From assembly GCF_003334385.1 (NCBI RefSeq), contig NZ_QOWN01000029.1: 59,866 bases of DNA; one strand, given 5' to 3'. Every line of letters starts with the position of its first letter. Position 1 is the stretch's first letter. Below are positions 11,607 to 21,656 of this stretch, one piece after another. The notes under the pieces were generated by a model. It was not told the DNA's origin, made no database searches, and saw only the letters and a program-made list of their open reading frames with translations. This DNA is from Escherichia coli (GTDB lineage: Bacteria > Pseudomonadota > Gammaproteobacteria > Enterobacterales > Enterobacteriaceae). Both the position numbers and the translations under genes were made by a program.

Positions 11607-12971
11607 TCAAATTACCGCCCATACGCACCAGGTAATTAAGAATCCGGTAAAACCGAGAATGGTCGTTAACACTGTCCAGGTTTTCAGACCGTCTGCTACC
11701 GATAACCCCAGATATTTGGTCACAATCCAGAACCCTGAGTCATTAATATGTGACGCACCAAGCCCACCAAAGCAGGCTGCCAGCGTCACCAATACGCACT
11801 GAATCGGATTCAATCCCATCACCGCTTCTGAGAGTAACCCGCCGGTTGTCAGTATTGCTACGGTTGCTGACCACTGCGATGCACGCAGCGCCAGTGAAAT
11901 AATAAATGCGGCTGGTAACAGAGGCAGGTCAATCATTTGTAGCATGTTGGCAAGGGCTTTGCCGACGCCCGATTCCACCAGCACTTTGCCAAATACCCCT
12001 CCAGCACCAGTAACCAAAATCACTACCGCCGCAGTAGGAAGCGCTGAGCCCATAATGTCGCTGGTGTGTTGTAAGCTCCAGCCGCGACGTAAAGCCAATA
12101 ACCAGAATGCCAGCACCAGCGCAATCATTAGAGCTACCATTGGTGAGCCGATCAGCTGTAGCGTACCAAGCAGGGGATGCGAAGGCGGCATCAGTGTTGC
12201 GGAAACCGTACCCGCCATGATAATCGCGATAGGAATAACAATTAGCGAGGTGACCAGCGCGACGCCCGGTGGATTTATTTTATCGCTTAATTTTGTCGCG
12301 CCTTCCTCACTGGCCGGAGCCAGTTGCATCTGTTCCAGTACTTCTACTGACATCGCATATTGGCGCTTATTGATTATTTTCGCTGCAAAGTAGCCAACAA
12401 CCCCTACGGGAATAGAAATCGCAATACCGATGATGGTTAGCCAGCCGATGTCTGCGTGGAGTAACCCCGCTGCGGCGACAGGGCCTGGATGCGGCGGTAC
12501 CGCCACGTGAACAGTGAGCATGATCCCAGCGACAGGCAGGCCAAATTTGAGTGGCGATATTTTGGCAACCTTGGCAAAACCGTAAATGATTGGCGCAAGA
12601 ATAATAAAGCCGACATCAAAGAAGACGGGAATACCGAGGAAGAACGCTGCCAGAGTCAGCGCAGCGATAGTTCGTTTGTCACCTAACTTGCGACTGAAAT
12701 AATTAGCCAGTGACTCTGCACCACCAGAGTGTTCGATCATACGCCCCAGCATAGCGCCCAGACCAATAATAATAGTGACGGAACCAAGCACACCGCCCAT
12801 CCCGGCGATCATCACTTTACCCACTTCGCCCGCCGGTATACCCGCCGCAAGTGCGACTAACAGGCTGACGAGGAGCAGAGCAACGAATGGTTGTACCTTT
12901 GCCTTGATGACCAGCAGCAACAGCATGATTACGCCAGTTAACGCAATGCATAACAATGTAATTGTGGACAT
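11607..12971 (-). CDS. ygbN: GntP-family permease (putative tetronate / acid-sugar transporter)
   Basis: 454-aa polytopic membrane ORF resembling gluconate:H+ symporter family. Confidence 0.85.
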   Translation of the reverse strand: MSTITLLCIALTGVIMLLLLVIKAKVQPFVALLLVSLLVALAAGIPAGEVGKVMIAGMGGVLGSVTIIIGLGAMLGRMIEHSGGAESLANYFSRKLGDKRTIAALTLAAFFLGIPVFFDVGFIILAPIIYGFAKVAKISPLKFGLPVAGIMLTVHVAVPPHPGPVAAAGLLHADIGWLTIIGIAISIPVGVVGYFAAKIINKRQYAMSVEVLEQMQLAPASEEGATKLSDKINPPGVALVTSLIVIPIAIIMAGTVSATLMPPSHPLLGTLQLIGSPMVALMIALVLAFWLLALRRGWSLQHTSDIMGSALPTAAVVILVTGAGGVFGKVLVESGVGKALANMLQMIDLPLLPAAFIISLALRASQWSATVAILTTGGLLSEAVMGLNPIQCVLVTLAACFGGLGASHINDSGFWIVTKYLGLSVADGLKTWTVLTTILGFTGFLITWCVWAVI

Positions 12972-13059
12972 GGGAAACCCTGTCTGAAAGTTATAGTTAA
13001 CCTACCCCATCCGTAGATGGGGGGATGTATGGGTACGTTGTAATTAGGGATTTAACGAA

Positions 13060-13836
13060 TTAGCGCCAGGCGTCAAACCAGCCAAGCCCTTCTTCGGTGA
13101 GGCCACGAGGTTTATATTCACAACCGATCCAGCCCTGATATCCCACCTCATCGAACAGGCGGAACAGCCACGGATAGTTGATTTCTCCATCGTCCGGTTC
13201 ATGTCGATCAGGTAGTCCGGCAATTTGTACGTGCGCATATTTCCCGGCGTAGTCGCGGATTAAATGCGTCAGGTTGCCATCTACTTTTTGCGCATGAAAA
13301 GTATCTAGTTGAATAAACACGTTATCTCGCGCAACTTCTTCAACAATAGCCAGTGCCTGATACTGGCTGGAGAAGAGATAATGAGGCTTAACGCCGGGGC
13401 TGAGTGCTTCAACTAATATTCGCTTGCCGTGTGGCGCAAAGCGGTCGGCAGCGTAGCGGAGATTATCGATAAATACTGCCCGGTACCGTTCAGCATCTTC
13501 GCCAGCGGGCACGACGCCTGCCATCACATGGACTTGTTCACAATTGAGCGCCAATGCATATTCCAGTGCCAGGTCGATGTCTGCGTGTGCTTCGTGCTCA
13601 CGTCCGGGAAGGGCGGATAATCCCCATTCCCCCGCATTAATATCTCCGGGAGCGGTATTGAACAGCGCCAGTGTCAGATGGTTTTGCTCCAGTTGCTTTT
13701 GGATTTGCAGGGTGGAGTAGTCATAGGGAAACAGAAATTCCACAGCATCGAACCCGGCTTTTCGCGCTGCGGCGAAGCGTTCAATAAAAGGCACTTCGGT
13801 GAACATCATGGATAAATTAGCTGCAAAACGAGGCAT
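13060..13836 (-). CDS. ygbM: 2-oxo-tetronate isomerase (hydroxypyruvate isomerase family, TIM barrel)
   Basis: 258-aa ORF starting [21 protein letters not shown], Hyi-like. Confidence 0.85.
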   Translation of the reverse strand: MPRFAANLSMMFTEVPFIERFAAARKAGFDAVEFLFPYDYSTLQIQKQLEQNHLTLALFNTAPGDINAGEWGLSALPGREHEAHADIDLALEYALALNCEQVHVMAGVVPAGEDAERYRAVFIDNLRYAADRFAPHGKRILVEALSPGVKPHYLFSSQYQALAIVEEVARDNVFIQLDTFHAQKVDGNLTHLIRDYAGKYAHVQIAGLPDRHEPDDGEINYPWLFRLFDEVGYQGWIGCEYKPRGLTEEGLGWFDAWR

Positions 13837-13840
13837 TGCA

Positions 13841-14479
13841 TTAACTCCTTAATTCCGCAATTTCACCTGCGGTCAGATAACGGATCGGGCGGTCACCGAG
13901 AATAAAAATCAGCTTTGCCGTTTCCTCCAGCTCTTCCATATTGTTGGCGGCTTCTTGCAGGCTTTCACCGCAAACCACTGGGCCATGATTTGCCAGTAAA
14001 AAAGCCTGATTGTCTGCTGCCAGTTCCGCCAGATCCTGTGCGATGCGTTTATCGCCCGGTCGGTAATAAGGCACCAGCGGGACATTTCCCATCCGCATCA
14101 CCACGTATGGTGTGAACGGACGAATAACGTTGCTGCTGTCCAGCCCTTGCAGGCAGGAAAGCGCCGTCGACCATGTGCTGTGCAAATGCACCACCGCTTT
14201 ACAACGCGGATTGTTGCGATACAGCGCCAGATGAAAGAGCACCTCTTTCGAGGGTTTGTCACCACTTAACCATTCGCCATCCGCGGCGACTTTGGAAAGC
14301 CGCTGCGGATCGAGATTGCCCAGGCATGAACCTGTCGGTGTCGCCAGTAAATTCCCGTCAGGTAAAAGCAGCGACAGATTGCCAGCCGAACCGGTTGCAT
14401 AGCCGCGCTGAAAGAATGAACTGGCAATCCGCGTCATCTCCTCTCGCAAAGACTGCTCTACTTTTGCGAAATCGCTCAT
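13841..14479 (-). CDS. ygbL: 3-oxo-tetronate 4-phosphate decarboxylase (class II aldolase/adducin family)
   Basis: 212-aa ORF, class II aldolase fold; 4-nt overlap with ygbK. Confidence 0.85.
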   Translation of the reverse strand: MSDFAKVEQSLREEMTRIASSFFQRGYATGSAGNLSLLLPDGNLLATPTGSCLGNLDPQRLSKVAADGEWLSGDKPSKEVLFHLALYRNNPRCKAVVHLHSTWSTALSCLQGLDSSNVIRPFTPYVVMRMGNVPLVPYYRPGDKRIAQDLAELAADNQAFLLANHGPVVCGESLQEAANNMEELEETAKLIFILGDRPIRYLTAGEIAELRS

Positions 14480-15738
14480 GATAAAAACTCTCTTTGGGCT
14501 CGTGAAAAAAAGGCGTCATCACCGAAGTTGCCAGATTTAAGGGCGAGTGAGACAGGCTTATCCAGTGCGTTTACCCACGGCACGCCGGGGGAAATGGTTG
14601 GGCCAATATGAAACCCTTTTATTCCCAGGCTCTGTGTGACTACGCCGGAGGTCTCACCGCCTGCGACAATAAAGCGTGTCACGCCTTCCGCTGCTAACCG
14701 CGCCGCTAGTTGAGAAAACAGTGTTTCTACTGCCTGACTGGCTTTTTGTGCACCGTATTGCTGTTGAATTGCTGCCAATGCGTCAGTGCTGGCGGTGGCA
14801 AAAACCAGTGGAGCAAGTACACTTTCCTGGCCCAGAACCCACTCTGCCAGTTCGTGTGCATAAGCGGCCAGAGTTTCAATTGAGAGGCAGCGTGCCACAT
14901 CAACTTCACGGGCTGGTGCAATTTGACGGTAATGTGCTACCTGGCGGTTGGTCATTTGAGAGCATGAACCGGAGAGCACTACGCCGCGCCCAGCGAGCGG
15001 ACGCCCTGCTTTGCGAGCCTGGTTACCGTTTTCTTGCGCCCACTGCCGGGCCAGGCCAATCGCCAGACCAGAACCGCCCGTTACCAGTGGGGCATCGCGC
15101 AAGGCTTCTCCCTGAATTTCCAGATGGTGTTCGGTCAGCGCATCAAGCACCGCGTAGCGGTAGCCCTCTTGCTGTAAGCGAGCCAGCTCTTGACGAACGG
15201 CATCCACACCTTGTTCGAAAACATGTGCCGAAACGACGCCGCAGCGCCCTGTGGATTGCGCTTCAACCAGACGGGGAAGATAGCTGTCGGTCATGGGATT
15301 TACCGGGTGATGGCGCATCCCGGATTCGGCCAGCAGTTGATTCATTACGAACAAATACCCCTGATAAACCGTACGTCCGTTGACCGGCAGGGCCGGAGAG
15401 AAGACCGTAAACGGCGTGTCGAGAGCATCCATTAAGGCATCGGTAACCGGGCCAATATTACCTTTCGCCGTACTGTCGAAAGTAGAGCAGTATTTGAAAT
15501 AGATCTGTTTGCAACCTTGCTGTTGCAACCAGCTCAGAGCCGCCAGCGATTGCTGTGTGGCTTCAACCACTGGACAGGAGCGCGTTTTCAGGCTGATCAC
15601 CAGTGCGTCGATTGCTTCCGGCATTTTACCTGTTGGAACACCGTTAATTTGTACCGTTGGTAGACCGTTTTCCACCAGAAAACTGGCGATATCCGTCGCG
15701 CCGGTAAAATCATCGGCGATAACGCCAATCTTGATCAT
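14476..15738 (-). CDS. ygbK: 3-oxo-tetronate kinase (DUF1537 four-carbon acid sugar kinase)
   Basis: 420-aa ORF starting MIKIGVIADDFTGATD (DUF1537 signature). Confidence 0.85.
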   Translation of the reverse strand: MIKIGVIADDFTGATDIASFLVENGLPTVQINGVPTGKMPEAIDALVISLKTRSCPVVEATQQSLAALSWLQQQGCKQIYFKYCSTFDSTAKGNIGPVTDALMDALDTPFTVFSPALPVNGRTVYQGYLFVMNQLLAESGMRHHPVNPMTDSYLPRLVEAQSTGRCGVVSAHVFEQGVDAVRQELARLQQEGYRYAVLDALTEHHLEIQGEALRDAPLVTGGSGLAIGLARQWAQENGNQARKAGRPLAGRGVVLSGSCSQMTNRQVAHYRQIAPAREVDVARCLSIETLAAYAHELAEWVLGQESVLAPLVFATASTDALAAIQQQYGAQKASQAVETLFSQLAARLAAEGVTRFIVAGGETSGVVTQSLGIKGFHIGPTISPGVPWVNALDKPVSLALKSGNFGDDAFFSRAQREFLS

Positions 15739-16643
15739 GATTTCGCTCCCGGTAGAGTGATGCCAGAGAAAATCTTGATAACTGCGCTATCGTCTTCTTT
15801 CCCGTAACCCGCGTTACTGGCGCTGGTGAACATATTCAATGCTGTTGAGGCCAATGGCAGCGGGAAGTGCAGGGCTTTGGCTGTATCGGCAACCAGACCA
15901 AGATCCTTAACAAAAATATCGACGGCTGAATGCGGGGTGTAATCGCCATCCACCACATGACGCATCCGGTTTTCGAACATCCAGGAATTTCCGGCGGCAT
16001 TGGTCACGACGTCATACATCACATCCAGCGGGATCCCCGCACGGGCTGCAAGTGCCATCGCTTCGGCTCCGGCAGCAATATGTACGCCCGCTAACAACTG
16101 GTGAATAATTTTTACGGTCGAACCTAGTCCCGGTTCTGCACCTATGCGATAAACTTTTCCGGCAACGGCTTCCAGCACGGGTGCCAGTCGTTCAAAGGCA
16201 ATATCGCTACCGGAGGCCATGATAGTCATTTCACCGTTAGCGGCTTTTACTGCACCACCAGAAACTGGCGCATCCAGCATTTCCAGATCGAATCCAGCCA
16301 GAGCGGTAGCAATTTCTTGCGCATCAGCACTAGCGATAGTGGAAGAAACCATTACTGCCGTACCGGGTTTCAGATGTTGTGCAACGCCTGTTTCACCAAA
16401 CAGCACCTGTTTAACCTGGGCCGCATTGACCACCAGCACCAGCAGTGCGTCCAGTTTTTCGGCAAACGTCGCGGCGTTATCAGAAACCCCGCAAGCACCT
16501 GCCTCTTTCAACGTAGCGCAGGCATTGCTGTTCAGGTCTGCGCCCCAGGTAGAAAGACCTGCGCGGACACATGACAGTGCTGCTCCCATTCCCATTGACC
16601 CTAAGCCAACGATACCGACATGAAACTCAGATCCCGTTTTCAT
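15735..16643 (-). CDS. ygbJ: L-threonate dehydrogenase (3-hydroxyisobutyrate dehydrogenase family)
   Basis: 302-aa ORF with N-terminal Rossmann motif VGIVGLGSMG. Confidence 0.85.
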   Translation of the reverse strand: MKTGSEFHVGIVGLGSMGMGAALSCVRAGLSTWGADLNSNACATLKEAGACGVSDNAATFAEKLDALLVLVVNAAQVKQVLFGETGVAQHLKPGTAVMVSSTIASADAQEIATALAGFDLEMLDAPVSGGAVKAANGEMTIMASGSDIAFERLAPVLEAVAGKVYRIGAEPGLGSTVKIIHQLLAGVHIAAGAEAMALAARAGIPLDVMYDVVTNAAGNSWMFENRMRHVVDGDYTPHSAVDIFVKDLGLVADTAKALHFPLPLASTALNMFTSASNAGYGKEDDSAVIKIFSGITLPGAKS

Positions 16644-16838
16644 CTGCTCTCCTTGTTAATTTAAGTGATATTTTGTTTGATATTGTGAATATAAGCGCTG
16701 GAAGATAACGATATGGTGATCTGATTCACATAAATTAACATTGTGTGTTATTTTATGTGAACTAAGCGTTAGTTGCGCCGCGCACGTTTCGCAGGCAAAT
16801 AGCGTAGAATGTCAGCAGGACAAAGGAAGGAGCAAAAG

Positions 16839-17606
16839 TTGATACCCGTAGAGCGTCGCCAAATCATCCTTGAGATGGTAGCTGAAAAAGGCATTGTCAG
16901 TATTGCTGAACTAACGGACAGAATGAATGTGTCACATATGACCATTCGTCGGGATTTACAAAAACTGGAGCAGCAGGGAGCCGTTGTGCTGGTGTCCGGA
17001 GGCGTCCAGTCTCCGGGACGCGTGGCGCATGAACCTTCTCATCAGGTAAAAACTGCGCTGGCAATGACGCAAAAAGCGGCTATTGGCAAGCTGGCGGCAA
17101 GTCTTGTTCAGCCGGGAAGTTGTATCTATCTGGATGCGGGAACGACCACGTTAGCGATAGCACAGCATCTGATTCACATGGAGTCACTGACTGTGGTCAC
17201 AAACGATTTCGTTATTGCGGACTACTTGCTCGACAACAGTAATTGCACAATTATTCACACTGGCGGTGCAGTGTGTCGGGAAAACCGTTCCTGTGTCGGG
17301 GAAGCCGCTGCGACCATGCTGCGCAGCCTGATGATTGATCAGGCTTTTATTTCTGCATCGTCATGGAGTGTGCGGGGGATTTCTACGCCAGCGGAAGATA
17401 AAGTCACGGTGAAACGGGCGATTGCCAGTGCCAGCCGCCAGCGAGTTTTGGTCTGTGATGCGACGAAATATGGTCAGGTGGCGACATGGCTGGCGTTACC
17501 ATTAAGCGAGTTTGATCAGATTATTACAGACGACGGTTTGCCGGAGAGTGCCAGTCGCGCGCTGGTGAAGCAGGATCTCTCTTTGCTGGTAGCGAAAAAT
17601 GAATAA
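16839..17606 (+). CDS. ygbI: DeoR-family transcriptional regulator of the ygb tetronate cluster
   Basis: DeoR HTH (SIAELTDRMNVSHMTIRRDLQKLE). Start placed at TTG 16839, preceded by strong RBS AGGAAGGAG at 6-nt spacing; the in-frame ATG at 16809 has no RBS and would add 10 residues. Confidence 0.75.
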   Translation: MIPVERRQIILEMVAEKGIVSIAELTDRMNVSHMTIRRDLQKLEQQGAVVLVSGGVQSPGRVAHEPSHQVKTALAMTQKAAIGKLAASLVQPGSCIYLDAGTTTLAIAQHLIHMESLTVVTNDFVIADYLLDNSNCTIIHTGGAVCRENRSCVGEAAATMLRSLMIDQAFISASSWSVRGISTPAEDKVTVKRAIASASRQRVLVCDATKYGQVATWLALPLSEFDQIITDDGLPESASRALVKQDLSLLVAKNE

Positions 17607-17629
17607 TGGCCTGCAATAACACCGGGTTA

Positions 17630-17655
17630 CTCATGCTTCACAGAAGAAGCATGAG
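17630..17655. terminator. Hairpin terminator between convergent ygbI and pphB
   Basis: CTCATGCTTC-ACAGAA-GAAGCATGAG perfect 10-bp stem, followed by T-rich run on + strand. Confidence 0.6.
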
Positions 17656-17656
17656 A

Positions 17657-18313
17657 CTACTTTATTTTATAAAATGACAGCCGCCCGCTGTTCGGCGATC
17701 CGGTATCAATATAAATCTGGTTAGCGAACGTCTGAATGTTATCAAACATCATATGTCCAAATATAAAATAATCAGCGCCGTTTATTTGTTGTAACTCGCC
17801 ATTAAGCGATTTCTGCACACGATCAACAGGCCAGAGTAATTCGCTCTCCGCTATTTCTTTACCAAAGAGATATTCACTCCCCGGATAATCTGCATGTGCG
17901 ATGGCATATTTTATGTTGTCGTTAGTGATTTCAATAATATGTGGAAGGTGATGGAATTTCAGCAACAGATCTATTGCCTCTTGTTGCTCTGAATCATTTA
18001 AATCGAAAAACCAGTCACCACCGCTGGCAAGCCACATATTGCCATCGCCAGTTTCGAATGCCTCAAGCGCCATCGCTTCGTGGTTGCCTTTAACCGACGT
18101 AAACCAGGGTTGGTTTAGCAGGCGCAGGACGTCAAGACTCTCCGGTCCACGATCAATATTATCGCCGACAGAAATAAGTAAGTCGATTTCGGGGAAAAAA
18201 GAGAGTTGATGTAAGCGGGATTGTAATAACTGATATTCACCATGAATATCACCAACGACCCATATATGGCGATAGTGATGGGCATTGATTTTTTGATAGC
18301 GTGTAGATGGCAT
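17657..18313 (-). CDS. pphB: Serine/threonine protein phosphatase 2 (calcineurin-like metallophosphatase)
   Basis: 218-aa ORF with metallophosphatase motifs GDIHG, GDNIDRG, GNHE. Confidence 0.9.
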   Translation of the reverse strand: MPSTRYQKINAHHYRHIWVVGDIHGEYQLLQSRLHQLSFFPEIDLLISVGDNIDRGPESLDVLRLLNQPWFTSVKGNHEAMALEAFETGDGNMWLASGGDWFFDLNDSEQQEAIDLLLKFHHLPHIIEITNDNIKYAIAHADYPGSEYLFGKEIAESELLWPVDRVQKSLNGELQQINGADYFIFGHMMFDNIQTFANQIYIDTGSPNSGRLSFYKIK

Positions 18314-18418
18314 GGTTTTACCCTGTAAAATAAGCTTTCCTATTATACAGGGTGTTTTTATTTTATTCGTCAGTTGTCGTTAATATTCCCGATAGCAAAA
18401 GACTATCGGGAATTGTTA

Positions 18419-20980
18419 TTACACCAGGCTCTTCAAGCGATAAATCCACTCCAGCGCCTGACGCGGGGTGAGTGAATCCGGATCAAGATTTTCCAGAGCT
18501 TCGACCGCAGGCGAAGTTTCTTCTGGTACTGACAGCAAAGACATTTGCGTACCATCCACTTGCGTAGCGGCGGCGTTCGGCGAAATGCTTTCCAGCTCAC
18601 GCAGCTTTTGCCGTGCGCGCTTAATAACCTCTTTTGGCACGCCTGCCAGAGCTGCAACCGCCAGGCCGTAGCTTTTGCTCGCCGCGCCATCCTGCACGCT
18701 GTGCATAAAGGCAATGGTGTCGCCGTGCTCCAGTGCATCGAGATGCACGTTAGCGACGCCTTCCATTTTCTCCGGTAACTGGGTCAGCTCGAAATAGTGG
18801 GTAGCAAATAACGTCAATGCCTTAATCTTATTCGCCAGATTTTCCGCGCACGCCCACGCCAGCGACAGACCATCGTAGGTGGACGTTCCACGCCCGATCT
18901 CATCCATTAACACCAGACTGTATTCGGTGGCGTTATGTAAAATATTGGCGGTTTCAGTCATCTCCACCATAAAGGTTGAGCGCCCGGACGCCAGGTCATC
19001 TGCCGCGCCTACGCGGGTAAAGATGCGATCGATAGGTCCAATCTCGACTTTTTGTGCCGGTACATAGCTGCCGATGTAGGCCATCAGCGCAATCAGTGCG
19101 GTCTGGCGCATATAGGTACTTTTACCGCCCATGTTCGGACCGGTGATGATCAACATGCGGCGCTGCGGCGACAGATTCAGCGGGTTGGCGATAAATGGCT
19201 CATTCAGTACTTGTTCAACTACCGGATGGCGACCTTCGGTAATGCGAATGCCCGGTTTATCAATGAAGGTCGGGCAGGTGTAGTTCAGGGTATAGGCCCG
19301 TTCCGCCAGGTTAACCAGCACGTCGAGTTCCGCCAGCGCGCTCGCGCTCTGTTGCAACGCTTCCAGATGCGGCAACAGCAGGTCGAACAGCTCTTCATAA
19401 AGCTGTTTTTCCAGTGCCAGTGCTTTGCCTTTTGAGGTGAGAACTTTATCTTCGTACTCTTTTAGCTCTGGAATGATGTAGCGCTCGGCGTTTTTCAGCG
19501 TCTGGCGACGCATGTAGTTGATGGGTGCCAGATGGCTTTGCCCACGGCTGATTTGAATGTAGTAGCCGTGCACCGCATTAAAGCCAACTTTCAGCGTGTC
19601 CAGGCCGGTACGTTCACGCTCGCGGACTTCCAGACGCTCCAGATAATCGGTCGCGCCGTCAGCCAGCGCGCGCCACTCATCCAGCTCTTCGTTATAGCCC
19701 GATGCGATAACACCACCGTCGCGTACCAGCACCGGCGGTGTGTCGATGATTGCTCGCTCCAGCAGATCGCGCAGCTCGGCAAACTCGCCCATCTTCTCAC
19801 GTAGCGCCTGTACCGGTGCACTATCGACAGTTTCTAACTGCGCACGCAGCTCCGGCAGTTGCTGGAAAGCGTGGCGCATACGGGCCAGATCGCGTGGGCG
19901 AGCAGTTCGTAAAGCCAGACGTGCCAGAATGCGTTCCAGGTCGCCGACCTGACGCAGTACCGGCTGTAGCCCGGCGGTGAAATCCTGCAATGCGCCAATA
20001 GTTTGCTGGCGCTCAAGCAACACGCGGGTATCGCGCACTGGCATATGCAGCCAGCGTTTCAGCATACGGCTGCCCATCGGCGTGACGGTGCAGTCGAGCA
20101 CAGAAGCCAGCGTATTTTCCGCACCACCCGCCAGGTTCTGGGTGATTTCCAGATTACGACGCGTCGCGGCATCCATAATGATGCTGTCCTGCTCACGTTC
20201 CATGGTGATGGAACGAATATGCGGCAGAGTCGTACGTTGGGTATCTTTCGCATACTGCAACAGACAACCGGCAGCACAAAGTCCGCGCGGCGCGTTCTCG
20301 ACGCCAAAACCGACCAGATCGCGGGTCCCAAATTGCAGATTCAACTGCTGGCGCGCGGTGTCGATTTCAAACTCCCACAGCGGGCGACGGCGCAGGCCGC
20401 GACGGCCTTCAATTAACGACATTTCAGCAAAATCTTCTGCATACAGCAGTTCCGCAGGATTAGTGCGTTGCAGTTCTGCCGCCATCGTTTCGCGGTCAGC
20501 CGGTTCGCTCAGGCGAAAACGCCCGGAACTGATATCCAGCGTCGCGTAGCCGAAACCTTTGCTGTCCTGCCAGATAGCCGCCAGCAGGTTGTCCTGACGC
20601 TCCTGCAACAGGGCTTCATCGCTGATGGTGCCTGGCGTAACGATACGCACAACTTTGCGCTCAACCGGACCTTTGCTGGTCGCCGGATCGCCAATTTGTT
20701 CGCAGATGGCAACGGACTCTCCCTGATTCACCAGTTTGGCGAGATAGTTTTCCACCGCATGGTAGGGAATCCCCGCCATCGGGATCGGCTCTCCCGCCGA
20801 AGCACCGCGTTTGGTCAGTGAAATATCCAGCAGTTGCGACGCGCGTTTTGCGTCGTCATAAAACAGTTCATAAAAATCACCCATCCGGTAAAACAGCAGG
20901 ATCTCGGGATGCTGGGCTTTCAGCCTGAGATACTGCTGCATCATGGGCGTATGGGCGTCGAAATTTTCTATTGCACTCAT
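18419..20980 (-). CDS. mutS: DNA mismatch repair protein MutS
   Basis: 853-aa ORF with Walker [10 protein letters not shown] and mismatch-binding N-terminal domain. Confidence 0.97.
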   Translation of the reverse strand: MSAIENFDAHTPMMQQYLRLKAQHPEILLFYRMGDFYELFYDDAKRASQLLDISLTKRGASAGEPIPMAGIPYHAVENYLAKLVNQGESVAICEQIGDPATSKGPVERKVVRIVTPGTISDEALLQERQDNLLAAIWQDSKGFGYATLDISSGRFRLSEPADRETMAAELQRTNPAELLYAEDFAEMSLIEGRRGLRRRPLWEFEIDTARQQLNLQFGTRDLVGFGVENAPRGLCAAGCLLQYAKDTQRTTLPHIRSITMEREQDSIIMDAATRRNLEITQNLAGGAENTLASVLDCTVTPMGSRMLKRWLHMPVRDTRVLLERQQTIGALQDFTAGLQPVLRQVGDLERILARLALRTARPRDLARMRHAFQQLPELRAQLETVDSAPVQALREKMGEFAELRDLLERAIIDTPPVLVRDGGVIASGYNEELDEWRALADGATDYLERLEVRERERTGLDTLKVGFNAVHGYYIQISRGQSHLAPINYMRRQTLKNAERYIIPELKEYEDKVLTSKGKALALEKQLYEELFDLLLPHLEALQQSASALAELDVLVNLAERAYTLNYTCPTFIDKPGIRITEGRHPVVEQVLNEPFIANPLNLSPQRRMLIITGPNMGGKSTYMRQTALIALMAYIGSYVPAQKVEIGPIDRIFTRVGAADDLASGRSTFMVEMTETANILHNATEYSLVLMDEIGRGTSTYDGLSLAWACAENLANKIKALTLFATHYFELTQLPEKMEGVANVHLDALEHGDTIAFMHSVQDGAASKSYGLAVAALAGVPKEVIKRARQKLRELESISPNAAATQVDGTQMSLLSVPEETSPAVEALENLDPDSLTPRQALEWIYRLKSLV

Positions 20981-21226
20981 GGGGTTATGTCCGGTTCCCT
21001 GATATTAAATGGGGTGTGATGGTTTTTATTTTCGTTGTAATCACATAAGGCGCACATGATACCGGAGTTAATCATTTCAGGGGAAGAAGCGAACGGCGAG
21101 TTCTTGATGCTGGTTCCGGGAAAGATGCTGTTTTGCAGCTTTTGCGTGATGCTTATGAAGCAAGTACGCAAAATTGTATCGGTTGGCTAACCCTTCTTCT
21201 TTGGAGTCATAGTGCCCTTTAAGATT

Positions 21227-21249
21227 AAGATGTAATATAAATACATCTT
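21227..21249. promoter_or_regulatory. NsrR-type operator (inverted repeat) upstream of ygbA
   Basis: AAGATGTAATATAAATACATCTT, a 23-bp near-perfect palindrome 18 bp upstream of the ygbA start, matching the NsrR box pattern AAGATGyATTTnAAATrCATCTT. Confidence 0.7.
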
Positions 21250-21266
21250 AATGAGGTGGAGGCAGC

Positions 21267-21620
21267 ATGTCCGGCAAGCGTATCTCTCGTGAAAAACTGA
21301 CGATTAAAAAAATGATCGATCTTTATCAAGCGAAATGCCCGCAGGCGTCAGCGGAGCCGGAGCATTACGAGGCGTTGTTTGTTTACGCGCAAAAGCGGCT
21401 GGATAAATGTGTGTTCGGCGAAGAGAAACCAGCCTGTAAGCAGTGTCCGGTGCACTGTTACCAGCCTGCAAAGCGTGAAGAGATGAAACAGATTATGCGT
21501 TGGGCCGGGCCGAGAATGCTGTGGCGTCATCCGATCTTAACCGTGCGTCATCTCATCGATGACAAGCGTCCGGTGCCAGAACTGCCGGAAAAATATCGTC
21601 CGAAAAAACCTCATGAATAG
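21267..21620 (+). CDS. ygbA: NsrR-regulated small protein YgbA (nitrosative stress)
   Basis: 117-aa Cys-rich ORF, conserved position between mutS and fhlA. Confidence 0.8.
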   Translation: MSGKRISREKLTIKKMIDLYQAKCPQASAEPEHYEALFVYAQKRLDKCVFGEEKPACKQCPVHCYQPAKREEMKQIMRWAGPRMLWRHPILTVRHLIDDKRPVPELPEKYRPKKPHE

Positions 21621-21656
21621 TATGCCGGACAGGCAGATCTGTCCGGCAATTTGCAG

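Noticed and set aside
19977-20549. Several 100-190-aa ORFs inside mutS on either strand
   Set aside because: All are out-of-frame or antisense overlaps of the 853-aa mutS reading frame, with Arg/Ser-rich composition typical of GC-rich shadow frames.
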